IMG/VR virus record: IMGVR_UViG_3300047313_000015
Span: 33,340 to 97,339 of that record
Reading direction: 5' to 3' (one strand)
Length of the DNA: 64,000 bases
From: a virus
Taxonomy: Duplodnaviria; Caudoviricetes
In this document: positions 10,020 to 20,124 of the stretch, piece after piece
Numbering within the stretch: position 1 is the first letter of the stretch
How the letters are laid out: every line of letters starts with the position of its first letter
Made by a program: the position numbers and the translations under genes
The notes under the pieces: generated by a model
What the model saw: only the letters and a program-made list of their open reading frames with translations
The model's database searches: none
Told to the model about the DNA's origin: nothing

Positions 10020-10517
10020 CTCATCTGGAGGAGGCCTTCTGTCATGATGTTTCTTGGTATGTTTCGGTTAGTTTGCCTCATGGTTAGTTCTAAGCCCTCT
10101 CGCCTCTCTCACGCTGGCAAAAGCCATTAGCCAGGCTAATGAGTCTTGCTAACTAAGCCATTCTTTTCCGGCTGCAAAAACCATTAGCACGGGTAACTAC
10201 CGCCGGTTTGACTTCCGGGGCTCCAGCGGGTAATCTCTAGGTATGAATACCGCACCGAGGATCACAGCCCGCACCTGCAACGGTCACCTGCATGTCAGGG
10301 TCCGGCACGGCTGGATAGACGCCGAAGGACTGACCGCAGTGATCATTATTATCATTATAGTGGCCGCACGAATCGCGCGGGCGCTTGTGCTCATGATGAC
10401 CAGGATAACCGTCCGTGCCATCATGCTCATCGTCCCGGTGGCCGCGCGGCTGGTCAAGATCGTTACTATATGGTCTGCCCGCCATCTGGCCGGTATCGTT
10501 CTGGCCTTCCGCGCTTT

Positions 10518-11066
10518 CTACGTGCCGTAGTGGTTATCGAGGATGAATTTCTCCCAATCGGCCGGAGTGACATGCCGGTAATCCCTCGGTGACGGGCACG
10601 GCAGATTAGCCCGGTCATACCCGTATGCGGCCAGTGAGCTGCACACGATATGGCCGGGCAGTTTGCCGTCCACCTTCTCATGCCAGATATCCGCCAGCCC
10701 GAATTTACGGGAGAATATCTGCCCGCCATCCTCAGCTATAGCAGCCCAATCGTAGGCCGTACCTATCATCGCTTCCATGATGACGGCAATGGACATTCTG
10801 GCCTCATCGGTAATCGCCTGGCTTGTGTTGGCAACGGTCAGCGGGTGAGCGATGTATTTGGCGCAGTCCACCCATCCAACACCCCCTGGGCGGCCCTCTA
10901 TGCCCCACAGAACGCCGTTGGGCGCGATGTGGTGGACTACTGCCACATGATGCGCTGCGGGCTCACCGTCGAATACAGCGCCGATCTCGATCGACTCAGC
11001 GACGACAGAGGATCCTCCGCAGATCACCAGAATGCTGGCGGGTTTGAGGTCTTTGGTGTTGATCAT
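10518..11066 (-). CDS. Permuted papain-like NlpC/P60 (YiiX/YebB-like) protein
   Basis: HHVAVV His motif before IGTAYDW and IVCSSLAAYGY Cys motif, ends VTPADW; likely start MINTK at 11066. Confidence 0.75.
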   Translation of the reverse strand: MINTKDLKPASILVICGGSSVVAESIEIGAVFDGEPAAHHVAVVHHIAPNGVLWGIEGRPGGVGWVDCAKYIAHPLTVANTSQAITDEARMSIAVIMEAMIGTAYDWAAIAEDGGQIFSRKFGLADIWHEKVDGKLPGHIVCSSLAAYGYDRANLPCPSPRDYRHVTPADWEKFILDNHYGT

Positions 11067-11740
11067 GGTTTTACTCCCTTGCGGATATTGCATCCCAGAT
11101 GGGCCGCTTGCACATTATCCCAGACATGCCCACCACCCCTGGACATGGCAATAATGTGATCAATGGAACCGTATCCCGGATCCGGGTATTTGACATCTCT
11201 CCTGATCACGGGAAAGTCACAGCCAAGCTGACATAGCCAATTGTCACGGTCTAGGACATCCTCTCTAGTGATAGATCGATCGAACGGGACACCAAAGCGT
11301 TTGGCACGGGCACGGTGGTTTTTGGGAAGTGGAATGTAGTCTGCCCATTTGATCCGATTGGCTTCACCCGCGCCGCGAGACGCCCTTTTCTGGGCGCATG
11401 GACGGCTGCATGTCATAGCTTGGTTCCGTTTTGCCATGAATATTTCGCCGCATTCGGGACAGATTTTCTCGTATTTGGCTATTTCATGATCATGACGCCA
11501 TGTATTCCGGCAGATTCGAGAACAAAACCGTCCTACAGGGTTTCCTCGGGTGTAAACCGACCCGCACCGGTCACAATTTCTAGTTTGGGGTCCTCTGTAA
11601 CCTTTCCGGATTCGCTCTTGTTCTTGCCGTGCTGTTTTTCGGCATACGTCCGAGCAATATCGGGTCGGGCGACCCGCTGATGCAATGACCTGCTGAAACT
11701 CTGCTTCGCAGTAGCCGCAGATCAATACCTTTATCTTCAT
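11063..11740 (-). CDS. HNH endonuclease with N-terminal zinc-finger repeats
   Basis: Repeated CxxC..YCSxxC; RDNWLCQLGC, SIDHIIAMSRGGGH.WDNVQAAHLGCN; leaderless TG-TATACT promoter 6 nt upstream. Confidence 0.9.
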   Translation of the reverse strand: MKIKVLICGYCEAEFQQVIASAGRPTRYCSDVCRKTARQEQERIRKGYRGPQTRNCDRCGSVYTRGNPVGRFCSRICRNTWRHDHEIAKYEKICPECGEIFMAKRNQAMTCSRPCAQKRASRGAGEANRIKWADYIPLPKNHRARAKRFGVPFDRSITREDVLDRDNWLCQLGCDFPVIRRDVKYPDPGYGSIDHIIAMSRGGGHVWDNVQAAHLGCNIRKGVKP

Positions 11741-11989
11741 AAATGCAGTATATCAGCGGTGATGGGAGTGGGGAGGTGGGTGCATAACTATGCAGGTCAG
11801 GACCATGATCATCTAAAACCGGGAAACATACGGCGCAAAGTGTACAGACTGGCGAAGCACGGGTCCGTAAGGCCATTGTTTGGCGACTTTTGACCCCCCT
11901 ACCCCTGCCATTCCCCTATTGGTATGCAAATGACTGCATAACTATGCACAGTGCCATTGTATCTGCCTGCCTGATGAATGGCACGTGAT

Positions 11990-12620
11990 AGGCACGGGCA
12001 CGGCACCCTATTGGCAGGTCATAGGCACAGTGGCCACGGTGCCCGGTCACCATCCCTACTGGCATTGGGCACGGCTGAGTGGTGACCATGGCAAGCATGC
12101 CTATTTACCTCCGCTATGCATGGTCACTGATGACCATGGTTGTTAGCTAGGCTAATGGCATGCTATGCGCATATAGGGACTGCCCGCCTATGCATAGGGA
12201 CTGTCACCCCATCACCAGTGGCCAGCCTGCCTGCTATGCACAGACCATGGCCACGTATGGGCACAGTGCCAGGCCACTAGCTGGGCACGGTGCGCACTGG
12301 TGGCCAGCCTGCCTGCCCTACTGCCTGCCCGGCCCGCTAGCTACGGCCAGCCTGCCTGCCCTGCGTGCTAGCTGCGCGGCCCCACATGCCACGGTGGCAG
12401 CCTGCCAGCCTGCCCGGGTGCACCGGCCCTAGGTCGGTAGCTAGTCCGCTCTGCCTGCCCCGTGGTGGGCATGCGCGACCAGGTAGCACACATGAGAGTG
12501 ACTCTCACTTACATAAGGCCTGGTCAGGGGGCCGCCGGGATAGCTGTATCTCGATATTCAGTGGCCAGCCTGCCGCTAGCCTGCCCTCCCACGTATATGC
12601 AGGTCAGAGGGCATGCTCAC
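11990..12620. repeat. Low-complexity non-coding region with GCCTGCCTGCCC, GGGCAC and CTATGC short repeats
   Basis: Many copies of gcctgcc/ggcacgg/ctatgc; no credible ORF; lies between divergent late and early units. Confidence 0.5.
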
Positions 12621-12765
12621 TATGCGGTAGTTAGTTAGCAGCAGTAACGACTGAACCGGACATATGGGTGCATAATCAAGATCAACAAATAAAGTTTCAA
12701 GATTCTTTAGCGGACGTTTCCGCAGGTCAGACGGGGTGATACCCGTGGAATCGGACATATCGGTG

Positions 12766-12794
12766 TTGACTCTGCCCAGATATCTACTTAAGCT
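12766..12794 (+). promoter_or_regulatory. Sigma70-type early promoter
   Basis: TTGACT-17 nt-TAAGCT upstream of the plus-strand island. Confidence 0.45.
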
Positions 12795-13121
12795 CAGCGT
12801 AGCTTCACAGAACGGCAGCAAGGCAAGGCGGTTGGAACAGCCGCCGGGTTCGCGGGTAAGGCCCCGATTCACGGGCACGCCAGCACCGGCCAGACTTTCA
12901 CCGCACCGGGGCTACAACTCCCATGCAAAACGCGAGTATGGGATCCCCCGCCACAAGGGCAATGCCTGAAAATGACACCCCTCTTGCTAACTGGCACATC
13001 GTGAGATTCCGCCTCTGTTCAGCGCGTGACCGTTCGGGCTATCTGCCCTGGTCCGCATGCGCAACGTGTGCACGGGAATCTCTTCCGAACTAACGTTTTA
13101 CCGCTTTTCCAGATAGTTTCA

Positions 13122-13297
13122 CCGATCACAACCTAGGAAGATACAGCGCACCCAATCCGGCAGACTTAACCGTCTGGTGGATTGCTAGCCTGTTGATTGC
13201 CTGGCACGGTTCGCGACCGATTGTGATCGCTACGGCAACGCTGCGCATGGTGGCCAGCGGATGATAGCCCGTGACGGTTCGATTCCGTCCGTTGCCA
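13122..13297 (+). ncRNA. Two tandem tRNA-like elements
   Basis: CGATCACAA/TTGTGATCG stem with CGG-TTCGCGA-CCG T-like arm; then GGCAACG/CGTTGCC-A acceptor with GACGG-TTCGATT-CCGTC T arm (64 nt). Confidence 0.55.
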
Positions 13298-13320
13298 CGT
13301 AAGGCAGAGAATCACTTGAG

Positions 13321-13376
13321 CTAGTGCTCTTACTGGCGGATAGGCACCATGCCTATCCGCTCGGTATGTCCGCTAG
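13321..13376 (+). repeat. Early intergenic stem-loop repeat, copy 1 (CTAGTGCTCT...TGTCCGCTAG)
   Basis: Same flanks at 15034-15087 and 15392-15486 around different hairpins. Confidence 0.8.
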
Positions 13377-13398
13377 ACCAACCAAGCGAGGGGCAAAA

Positions 13399-13680
13399 AT
13401 GGACATCACCGTCAACGTCTATGTCGGGGCGGATAACGCTACCGGCACAATCGACACTGACAAGATCGCTGCAATTGCCGCACGCAGGCACGATGGCTTC
13501 ACTATCCTGCCCGCGCTTGGCTACTGGCAGGGACAGTCCGAACCGTCCGTCATGATCGTTATCGCTGACGACAGTGACAAGATCTCTGCCACCGTCAGCG
13601 ACCTGGGCCGCGAATTGGCGCAAGACGCCATTGCAGTTCAGACCGTCAACCCACTCACTTTCGTGAGCGATTACCGCTAG
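13399..13680 (+). CDS. Hypothetical protein
   Basis: RBS GAGGGG, ATG 13399; DGFTI...GYWQGQSEPS motif. Confidence 0.75.
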   Translation: MDITVNVYVGADNATGTIDTDKIAAIAARRHDGFTILPALGYWQGQSEPSVMIVIADDSDKISATVSDLGRELAQDAIAVQTVNPLTFVSDYR

Positions 13681-13751
13681 CTGATTTGTCCGGGCACGGT
13701 GCGAACCGTGCCCGTTCATGTTCGCTAGACCCAACGATGAAAGGTACTGAC

Positions 13752-14087
13752 ATGACATTCCGCACCGGCGACCGTGTATGGTCCGCTAACGGCAATCTCG
13801 GCACCGTGACCAACGTTTCCGACGGTAGCCTGCTGGTCTCTGTCCTGCTGGACACCGGGCACACCGTTACCTGCCTGGCCAGGCTGTGCACGGTTGCGCC
13901 ATACGTGATCGATCCCGCCAACCTCACCGATGCGGAGATGGCCGCCGGTATCCAGCGCGGACTGTCGGACGGTTCGCTCATCGACGCAGCCGACTGGATG
14001 GCGGCGAACGCGCCGGAAAGCCACCCATTCAACGATGATGGCAGCGATCCCGGCAACTGTGCCACGTGTCATTTCTTCCACAAGTGA
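13752..14087 (+). CDS. Hypothetical protein (N-terminal SH3/KOW-like FRTGDRV)
   Basis: RBS GAAAGG before ATG. Confidence 0.6.
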   Translation: MTFRTGDRVWSANGNLGTVTNVSDGSLLVSVLLDTGHTVTCLARLCTVAPYVIDPANLTDAEMAAGIQRGLSDGSLIDAADWMAANAPESHPFNDDGSDPGNCATCHFFHK

Positions 14088-14363
14088 GGATAGACGCCAT
14101 GCGTAAGCCCACCAGCGTTCAGCTAGCAAACGCTCGCAGGTCCATTCCTGTGCATCACCCGGCAACGCCGGACTTGCGCGAGTCATGGTCCGTGGATAAC
14201 CCGCACGGTGCGGAAATCCACTACCCAACGCACGATGAGGCAGCCGCAGCGGCGCGCACCGGTATTTACTGACCGGTAGTGAGCACGGCGCACAATCTCC
14301 CGGGAATGTGCGCGGTGTCCTTTACCGGACCAACCAAAAATCCTGCACATGAGAGGCCCTAAA

Positions 14364-14915
14364 ATGAACACCAATCGAATCGCAGAAATGACGGCACGAT
14401 TGCACACCGCATGGAATGCCGCCACTGATGACCAGATTGCACGCGGGCGGGTATGGTATCCAGTCGCGCATGACCTGGCAGAAATGATCGGCAACGGCGA
14501 TGTCCGTACCGGTGCCGGTATCATCGCGGCACTGTCCCCCCGCATGCAGTGGGACCGTAACGCGCGGCTGGCCATCGATGCTGGCAACGGCAACGTGCAC
14601 GGCGCGATGGGAGCGAGTCTGACAAAGGTCCAGCGCATCATAGACGGTGAGGATCCGGCCGATGTTCTGCCCGCCGACGCCAAAACCGGGCACTTTTTCC
14701 AGAACATCCTGAACCCGGCCGACCCTGCCTATGTCACGATCGACGCGTGGGCATATCGCGCCGCTACCGGCGACTGGTCCGCAGCCGGGCCCAAGAATGC
14801 GCGTGACTATGCGGAGGTTGCCGCTGCCTACATCGCATTCGCTGATGACATTGGCGAGATTGCCAGCGTTGGCCAGGCCGGTGTCTGGATCTGGGCACGG
14901 GAGACCAAGCACTAG
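14364..14915 (+). CDS. Hypothetical protein, possible HhH-GPD glycosylase-like fold
   Basis: GRVWYP, IIAALSP..W.RN, KT..F, VTIDAWAYR, QA.VW pattern. Confidence 0.55.
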   Translation: MNTNRIAEMTARLHTAWNAATDDQIARGRVWYPVAHDLAEMIGNGDVRTGAGIIAALSPRMQWDRNARLAIDAGNGNVHGAMGASLTKVQRIIDGEDPADVLPADAKTGHFFQNILNPADPAYVTIDAWAYRAATGDWSAAGPKNARDYAEVAAAYIAFADDIGEIASVGQAGVWIWARETKH

Positions 14916-15033
14916 AGAGGAGCATCATGAAGCGATCAACCGTCCGCGCGTTTGCCATCCTGGCACTTATCGCTCTTACCCTGGTTATCATCGCTATTCT
15001 GGCATTTCTCGCCATTAGCATAGCGCTGGTGAT

Positions 15034-15087
15034 CTAGTGCTCTCAATCGTGATCAGCCTCACGGCTGATCTCGGTTGTGTCCGCTAG
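15034..15087 (+). repeat. Early intergenic stem-loop repeat, copy 2
   Basis: CTAGTGCTCT-CAATCG..GATCAGCC/GGCTGATC..CGGTTG-TGTCCGCTAG. Confidence 0.8.
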
Positions 15088-15110
15088 GTCGAAATGAAAG
15101 GACAGAAACA

Positions 15111-15395
15111 ATGGCCAGCACCGAACTATGCAGGCGATTCCCCTCACATCAGGGATTCGCTACCAAGTATGACATCCCTACCAACACTGACCTGACATCA
15201 TATGCGCTTACCGCGCATATGGACGGACGGCTAAGTGATCACCGGCTGGCGCTGATTCTCACGTCATTCCGGTTGTATGCCGATAACGATCACTGGGCAT
15301 CGATCGGAATCCGTGATCGCGCGCTACTCATGGCGGACGGTATGGGATATCAGGCTGAGCTAATCCGGATTGAGGCCACTGTCCGGCAGAGCTAG
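15111..15395 (+). CDS. Hypothetical protein
   Basis: RBS GAAAGGA, ATG 15111. Confidence 0.6.
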   Translation: MASTELCRRFPSHQGFATKYDIPTNTDLTSYALTAHMDGRLSDHRLALILTSFRLYADNDHWASIGIRDRALLMADGMGYQAELIRIEATVRQS

Positions 15396-15486
15396 TGCTC
15401 TGCATGGCAACCTAGGTAAGCACGGTTATAGACCGTGACAAGTAGGCGACATATTGCCTAGCCTAGGTTGCCGTGCTGTCCGCTAG
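15392..15486 (+). repeat. Early intergenic stem-loop repeat, copy 3
   Basis: CTAGTGCTCT-GCATGGCAACCTAGG...CCTAGGTTGCCGTGC-TGTCCGCTAG. Confidence 0.8.
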
Positions 15487-15528
15487 GTCCGTCAGCGATA
15501 ACCGCTGGCATAATGAAAGGATACGGAC

Positions 15529-16428
15529 ATGTCCGCAGAGGGTCAGGACAAGATCTATACCATGATCACCGACAAGATCATGGACGCACTGAAGAATGGC
15601 ACCGTGCCATGGCGTAAGCCCTGGACCGCTGGTGGATGGCTGCCAGTGTCGATGTCCAGCCGTAAGCCGTATCGTGGCGTCAACATATGGCTACTGGCCA
15701 TGGAGGCCGCAGAGCGTGGATATGACTCACCGTTCTGGGGCACATTTAAGCACATTGCGGAACTGGGCGGCCAGGTCCGCAAAGGCGAAAAATCGTCAAT
15801 CGTGGTTTTCTGGAAAAGAATCATGGTGGATGACAAGAATGCGCCTGACGGCAAGAAGGCCTTGTTCATGCTCCGCTACTATCGCGTGTTCAACGCCTGC
15901 CAGGCTGACGGTCTGCCGGATCGGTTTTACCCGGCTAAGGACAGTCCAGACAAGCCCGTAGAGGTGCTGGATGACGCGGAGGCCATCGTCAAGGGCTATC
16001 TGTCCGGTGACGGCCCTAGGCTGGTCAAGGTGGTTGGTAACCGTGCATTCTACACACCCGCTACGGACACGATCACGCTGCCAGAAGATGGGCAGTTCAG
16101 TTCAGCGGGCGGACGGTACTCGACCGTATTTCATGAGTGCGCCCATTCCACGGGTCACGCATCCCGGCTGAGCCGTCCCGGACTGACCGATTTTGATCAC
16201 TTCGGTTCCGGTCAGTACGCGCAGGAAGAACTAGTGGCTGAAATGACTGCTTCCTACCTGGCCGGTGTCTGCGGTATTGACACCGAACTAGACCAGAGTG
16301 CGGCCTATATCGCTAGTTGGCTCACGAAACTAGCGAACGATCACAAGATGGTCATCAGGGCCGCTGCGCAGGCACAGCACGCCGCCGACCTTATCCGTGG
16401 AATCAGTCACACGAATAACGAGAGCTAG
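15529..16428 (+). CDS. ardC: ArdC-family ssDNA-binding antirestriction protein with zincin-like domain
   Basis: ITDKI...GTVPWRKPW, YRGVN, WGTFK, VRKGEK, YYRVFN..Q, AFY.P..D.I.LP, HECAHSTGH..RL.R, YAQEELVAE, AAYIASWL. Confidence 0.92.
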   Translation: MSAEGQDKIYTMITDKIMDALKNGTVPWRKPWTAGGWLPVSMSSRKPYRGVNIWLLAMEAAERGYDSPFWGTFKHIAELGGQVRKGEKSSIVVFWKRIMVDDKNAPDGKKALFMLRYYRVFNACQADGLPDRFYPAKDSPDKPVEVLDDAEAIVKGYLSGDGPRLVKVVGNRAFYTPATDTITLPEDGQFSSAGGRYSTVFHECAHSTGHASRLSRPGLTDFDHFGSGQYAQEELVAEMTASYLAGVCGIDTELDQSAAYIASWLTKLANDHKMVIRAAAQAQHAADLIRGISHTNNES

Positions 16429-16784
16429 AGGGGTTTGATCGGGGCCAGCCCTGACGGTACAGCCTGGACTAGTTCTGTGCGGCCCTCAGCGTGGAGCTGA
16501 GGGCTTCGCAGTGCCAGCCCTAGGTCATCACAAGGGTTCGCAGATCGATCTTGTCAGGATCGCTTACAGAGACGGGAGGTGGGCACAGTGCACGCTGTGA
16601 AGGAGGCAGACAAGAAATTCCGCTGGCAGGTATGCCCACTGGACGGCTGCGGCAAGCGATACAAGCAATTTGCCGGTGCGCCGCTGGGCGCATGCGATGA
16701 ATGCCTAGGTCGCTTGTGCGATGAATTCTGGATGGTCTACAACCGGAACCATCCAGCCAAGCACTCAACAGAGGGAGCAACGTA

Positions 16785-17198
16785 ATGCGCCTGGTCAGAA
16801 ACCATGTCCGTGTCGTCACGATTTTTGGGGCGGTATTCTCCAGTGCTGCGGCAACGCTGGCCGCGCTGGCCGCTATCGGCGTAATCGCGCCTCCGGCCGG
16901 TGCAGCCACCAGCCCGAAGCTTCCGGAATGGGTGCAGGTGGAGCACTACCGCTACAAGTCCAGTGGTGAGGCTTGCGTCCTGGTCGGCACAGCCGGGCAC
17001 AAGCACGTTGGCGCGGTCTGCCGCGATGGCAGCGCACACCGGCTGCCGGACAGTACGCCGCATAACGCGCTCATCTCACCAAGTGCGCTGCCGCCCTGGC
17101 TTCACTCCTGGGGTGGTGGCCGGGTGATCGTGATCGGTGGCGGTAACGCTGACAGCACTCTGCGCCTCCGGGTGACCGGAGGTGTGGCTGAGAGCTAG
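16785..17198 (+). CDS. Secreted or membrane hypothetical protein
   Basis: Signal-like N-terminus. Confidence 0.55.
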   Translation: MRLVRNHVRVVTIFGAVFSSAAATLAALAAIGVIAPPAGAATSPKLPEWVQVEHYRYKSSGEACVLVGTAGHKHVGAVCRDGSAHRLPDSTPHNALISPSALPPWLHSWGGGRVIVIGGGNADSTLRLRVTGGVAES

Positions 17199-17224
17199 AC
17201 ACTGCCTATCGGGGTGGTCCGGAC

Positions 17225-17246
17225 TGTCGGACCACTCTGGTAGAGT
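17225..17246 (+). promoter_or_regulatory. PafBC-type (RecA-NDp) promoter
   Basis: TGTCGG-N10-TAGAGT matches TGTCRG-N10-TANNNT. Confidence 0.6.
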
Positions 17247-17315
17247 GTGCCTAGATAAGCACACCGGCTAAGGCAGCAAGCATGATGCCGCTGCCAGGAA
17301 GAGAAGAGGAATGTC

Positions 17316-18407
17316 ATGTCAAAGGAATTTCTGGGCGAGGTCAAGGTCTGCCGCAGCGCCTACGCTGTGGACCGTTCGGAGCCGCTGTTCATTTACCTCG
17401 GCGTGTGCACCGTGCATAACCGGCCGGTTCGGGTGGACATGAACCGGAACTTCGGTTCATTCACACAGATCCCGTGCCCGGAAGGCGACACGGTGAAGGG
17501 TGAGCGGCTGAACGCGGTCACCACTACGCTGGAATGCGACGGATCATGCCGTTCCGCATTTCACTCCGAGTGCGTCTGCGGCTGCGGCGGAATGAATCAC
17601 GGGCTGTCATTCCTTAACAAGCTGATCGCGGAGTCTGGTGGCACTCATTTCGTTACCGGTGCGGTGCTGGATGAGCAGCACGTCACCGATTCCGCGCTGG
17701 CCACGTGGCGCGTTCGCCGCCAGAAGGTGGAAGAGAAGCGCGTGCAGCGGCAGGCCGCAAAGGCTGACCATGCGCGTGTCGCCTTTGACGAGTGGGCGGA
17801 AGTGCACAGCGATGTCGTCCGTGCCCTGGACGGCTGGCATGAGCACCGTACCGACACGGCGTGGCAGGACGCTACCGGCGTTAAGTGGGGTGCCCACATT
17901 CTGGTGGACTTCGCTATCCAGACTCACGGCGGCTGGAACGGCAAGCCCAAGCCGCTGACTGAGAAGCAGATTGCCCTGGCATTCAAGCTGCTCGGTGAAG
18001 GTGCGGAGCGCGTGTCCAAGAATGCTGCACGGGCCGCCGACGCCAAGCCCGCACCGGAAGGCCGCGTCACGATTGACGGCACGATTGTCAAGGTCACGGC
18101 CCGTGAGGGATTCAGCTACGACCAGATTCAGCATCAGATGATCGTTTCGAGTGACGGATTCGCTGTGCTGATGACTCTGCCTACGGCGATAGCGCAGGAG
18201 GCCTACCGGCTGAGCACGTCCAGCACTCTGCGGGATTCTTACGACGGTCCCGATTACGAGGCCATCGGCGCGCGGCTGACCGGCGTTCTGAAGGGTGCTT
18301 TCATCCGGGTTACCGTGAATGTCGAGCGATCCCGCAAGGATGAGTCATTCGGCTTCGGGAAGCGTCCCAGCGTCGTTAGCTGGGAACTGCCTGGCAAGCA
18401 GAACTAG
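17316..18407 (+). CDS. Hypothetical protein with CxCxCGGxNHG zinc motif and OB-like C-terminus
   Basis: ECDGSC...CVCGCGGMNHG; strong RBS. Confidence 0.75.
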   Translation: MSKEFLGEVKVCRSAYAVDRSEPLFIYLGVCTVHNRPVRVDMNRNFGSFTQIPCPEGDTVKGERLNAVTTTLECDGSCRSAFHSECVCGCGGMNHGLSFLNKLIAESGGTHFVTGAVLDEQHVTDSALATWRVRRQKVEEKRVQRQAAKADHARVAFDEWAEVHSDVVRALDGWHEHRTDTAWQDATGVKWGAHILVDFAIQTHGGWNGKPKPLTEKQIALAFKLLGEGAERVSKNAARAADAKPAPEGRVTIDGTIVKVTAREGFSYDQIQHQMIVSSDGFAVLMTLPTAIAQEAYRLSTSSTLRDSYDGPDYEAIGARLTGVLKGAFIRVTVNVERSRKDESFGFGKRPSVVSWELPGKQN

Positions 18408-18459
18408 GCGGTAAGGTGGCCGGGTGCAATGCCCGGCCACCTCGATCAGAGGGGAAGCA

Positions 18460-18930
18460 ATGAGAGACATCGATCACTACCGGCAATGGAACCGGGCATT
18501 CGATAGTGCCCGCGCCGCTGCGGCGGAAACTCTCGCCAATGACAGTGCGCTGGTCCTGCGATCAATACACGCCGGGCTCCAGAGTCATCTGTCGGAGAAC
18601 CCGAACGACGCTCGCTCGCTGGGCTTGTGCGCCGGTATCACTGACGTGCTGGATCAGAGAGTGCAGCAATTCGAGCCGGAAGGGCCACAGGAGCCGGAGC
18701 GTGTTTACTACGTTCAGGTGAAAGCCAGCCCGCGAAGTCACACGCTCACTTACAAGGGCCCTTTTTTCATCCCGGTGGGGAGTACGGTAACGCTCCCGCC
18801 ACTTCCGTGGATGAACCACGAATGGACCGCCGAGGTTATCGGCACCGATAAGGGTGAGGGGTACAACGGCGAGGGGTACAACGGCGATATCAAGTCCGTT
18901 CTTTCCGCTACCTTCAAGCAGCGGAACTAG
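18460..18930 (+). CDS. Hypothetical protein
   Basis: RBS GAGGGG before ATG 18460. Confidence 0.6.
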   Translation: MRDIDHYRQWNRAFDSARAAAAETLANDSALVLRSIHAGLQSHLSENPNDARSLGLCAGITDVLDQRVQQFEPEGPQEPERVYYVQVKASPRSHTLTYKGPFFIPVGSTVTLPPLPWMNHEWTAEVIGTDKGEGYNGEGYNGDIKSVLSATFKQRN

Positions 18931-19319
18931 TTCGTAAGGCACGTTACAGATACCACGTCCGTGTCCGGGGCTTGGGGATAGTGCCAGCACGCTACGCGAC
19001 TGGCACGGTTACCGGTACGTAGTTGCCGGTAACTGATTCACCTGGGAGGTTTCGCAATGCCAGGCCATTAGGTGCCTGGTAAACAGCGGCCGGTAATGTG
19101 GGAGTGCCTGTTCTCGATAATTCAGCAAACGGAAGGAATGTGGAAAATGACACACCCAATCGTCACAATTGACAGTTTCAACCGTACGTGGGTCGGCGGC
19201 CGATTGCTGACTGCGGATGAGGCCCGGCGTTACTGGCTGGACCGGGACGCCGACCGCGCGAAACTACGCTAGGAGAGAGTGTCAGGGGGTGCCGGTACAC
19301 TGGTGCTGGCACCCTTCAC

Positions 19320-19398
19320 GGGACTGGGCGGTATCGACGGATAAGGAAAACCGCACGCGGACCTTATCCGGACCTGGGTTCGATTCCCAGCAGTTCCA
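19320..19398 (+). ncRNA. Miniature tmRNA-like RNA (tRNA-like domain only)
   Basis: GGGACTG/CAGTTCC-A acceptor with G3-U70, unpaired D loop GGCGGTATCGAC, helix GGATAAGG/CCTTATCC, GGAC linker, T arm CTGGG-TTCGATT-CCCAG. Confidence 0.85.
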
Positions 19399-19412
19399 CG
19401 TAATTGCATAAA

Positions 19413-19677
19413 GTGTGTGCCCTGTTGAGGGTGTGCGTGCGGGCTAGCGAAAGCTAGCGGGGCCAGAAGCAAGCGCAAGACGCCTGGTCGCGCCGGATTT
19501 ATCCGGCCCATGGTGGGGAGAAGCCCGAAAGGGCCTAATCGCATGTAAAGGCTGCATGCAGATCCTTTGGCAACGTCAATAAGACCATAGGTACGACGGG
19601 TTGGCCGGATTTGTGTGGCGGTAAGGTCTACTGCCCTGTCCCACGTGCCGCACGTACAACCCCATCGGGGCACACGT
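19413..19677 (+). ncRNA. Unknown multi-branched structured RNA (~265 nt)
   Basis: 28-bp closing helix (3 mismatches), GAAA-capped hairpins GCTAGC-GAAA-GCTAGC and GCCC-GAAA-GGGC. Confidence 0.65.
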
Positions 19678-19701
19678 AAACCAATGAGAGAAGGAAACGG
19701 C

Positions 19702-20124
19702 ATGACCATTATAGAGATACGGGCTCAGCTAGACGCTCAGATCGCCGAGCCGGTTAACATCAGGGGCATGACCCGTGACCAGCGCCGGGCGGATATGGAC
19801 CGCTGGCTGGCGGACTGCCTGGCACAGAGCGAGCGGCTGGATGAGGAGCATTTGCTCCTCGGGATCGGCCGTACTGCTGCGGTTAACATGACGCACGAAC
19901 TCATCTGGGAATGGCAGTATGCCACATCCTCCAGGTGGTTCCTGGCTCTTCCTGAGCGTTACATGACTCCCGATAGTATGTCTCGCCCGGACTGGGATCA
20001 CAGCCACTACCCCCACGACGAGCACGGGAACATTGGCCGGGTTGCCACTCTTCAGCGCCCAGAGACCGCCGAGGATCGACGCGCTGCGGAGATGGTCCGC
20101 GCTGCGCTTGCAAGTAACGACTAA
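19702..20124 (+). CDS. Hypothetical protein
   Basis: RBS AAGGA before ATG. Confidence 0.55.
   Translation: MTIIEIRAQLDAQIAEPVNIRGMTRDQRRADMDRWLADCLAQSERLDEEHLLLGIGRTAAVNMTHELIWEWQYATSSRWFLALPERYMTPDSMSRPDWDHSHYPHDEHGNIGRVATLQRPETAEDRRAAEMVRAALASND

Noticed and set aside
19413-19677. Group IIC intron (GTGTGCCC start), RNase P RNA or retron ncRNA
   Set aside because: No domain V, no RNase P P4 consensus, no reverse transcriptase in the window
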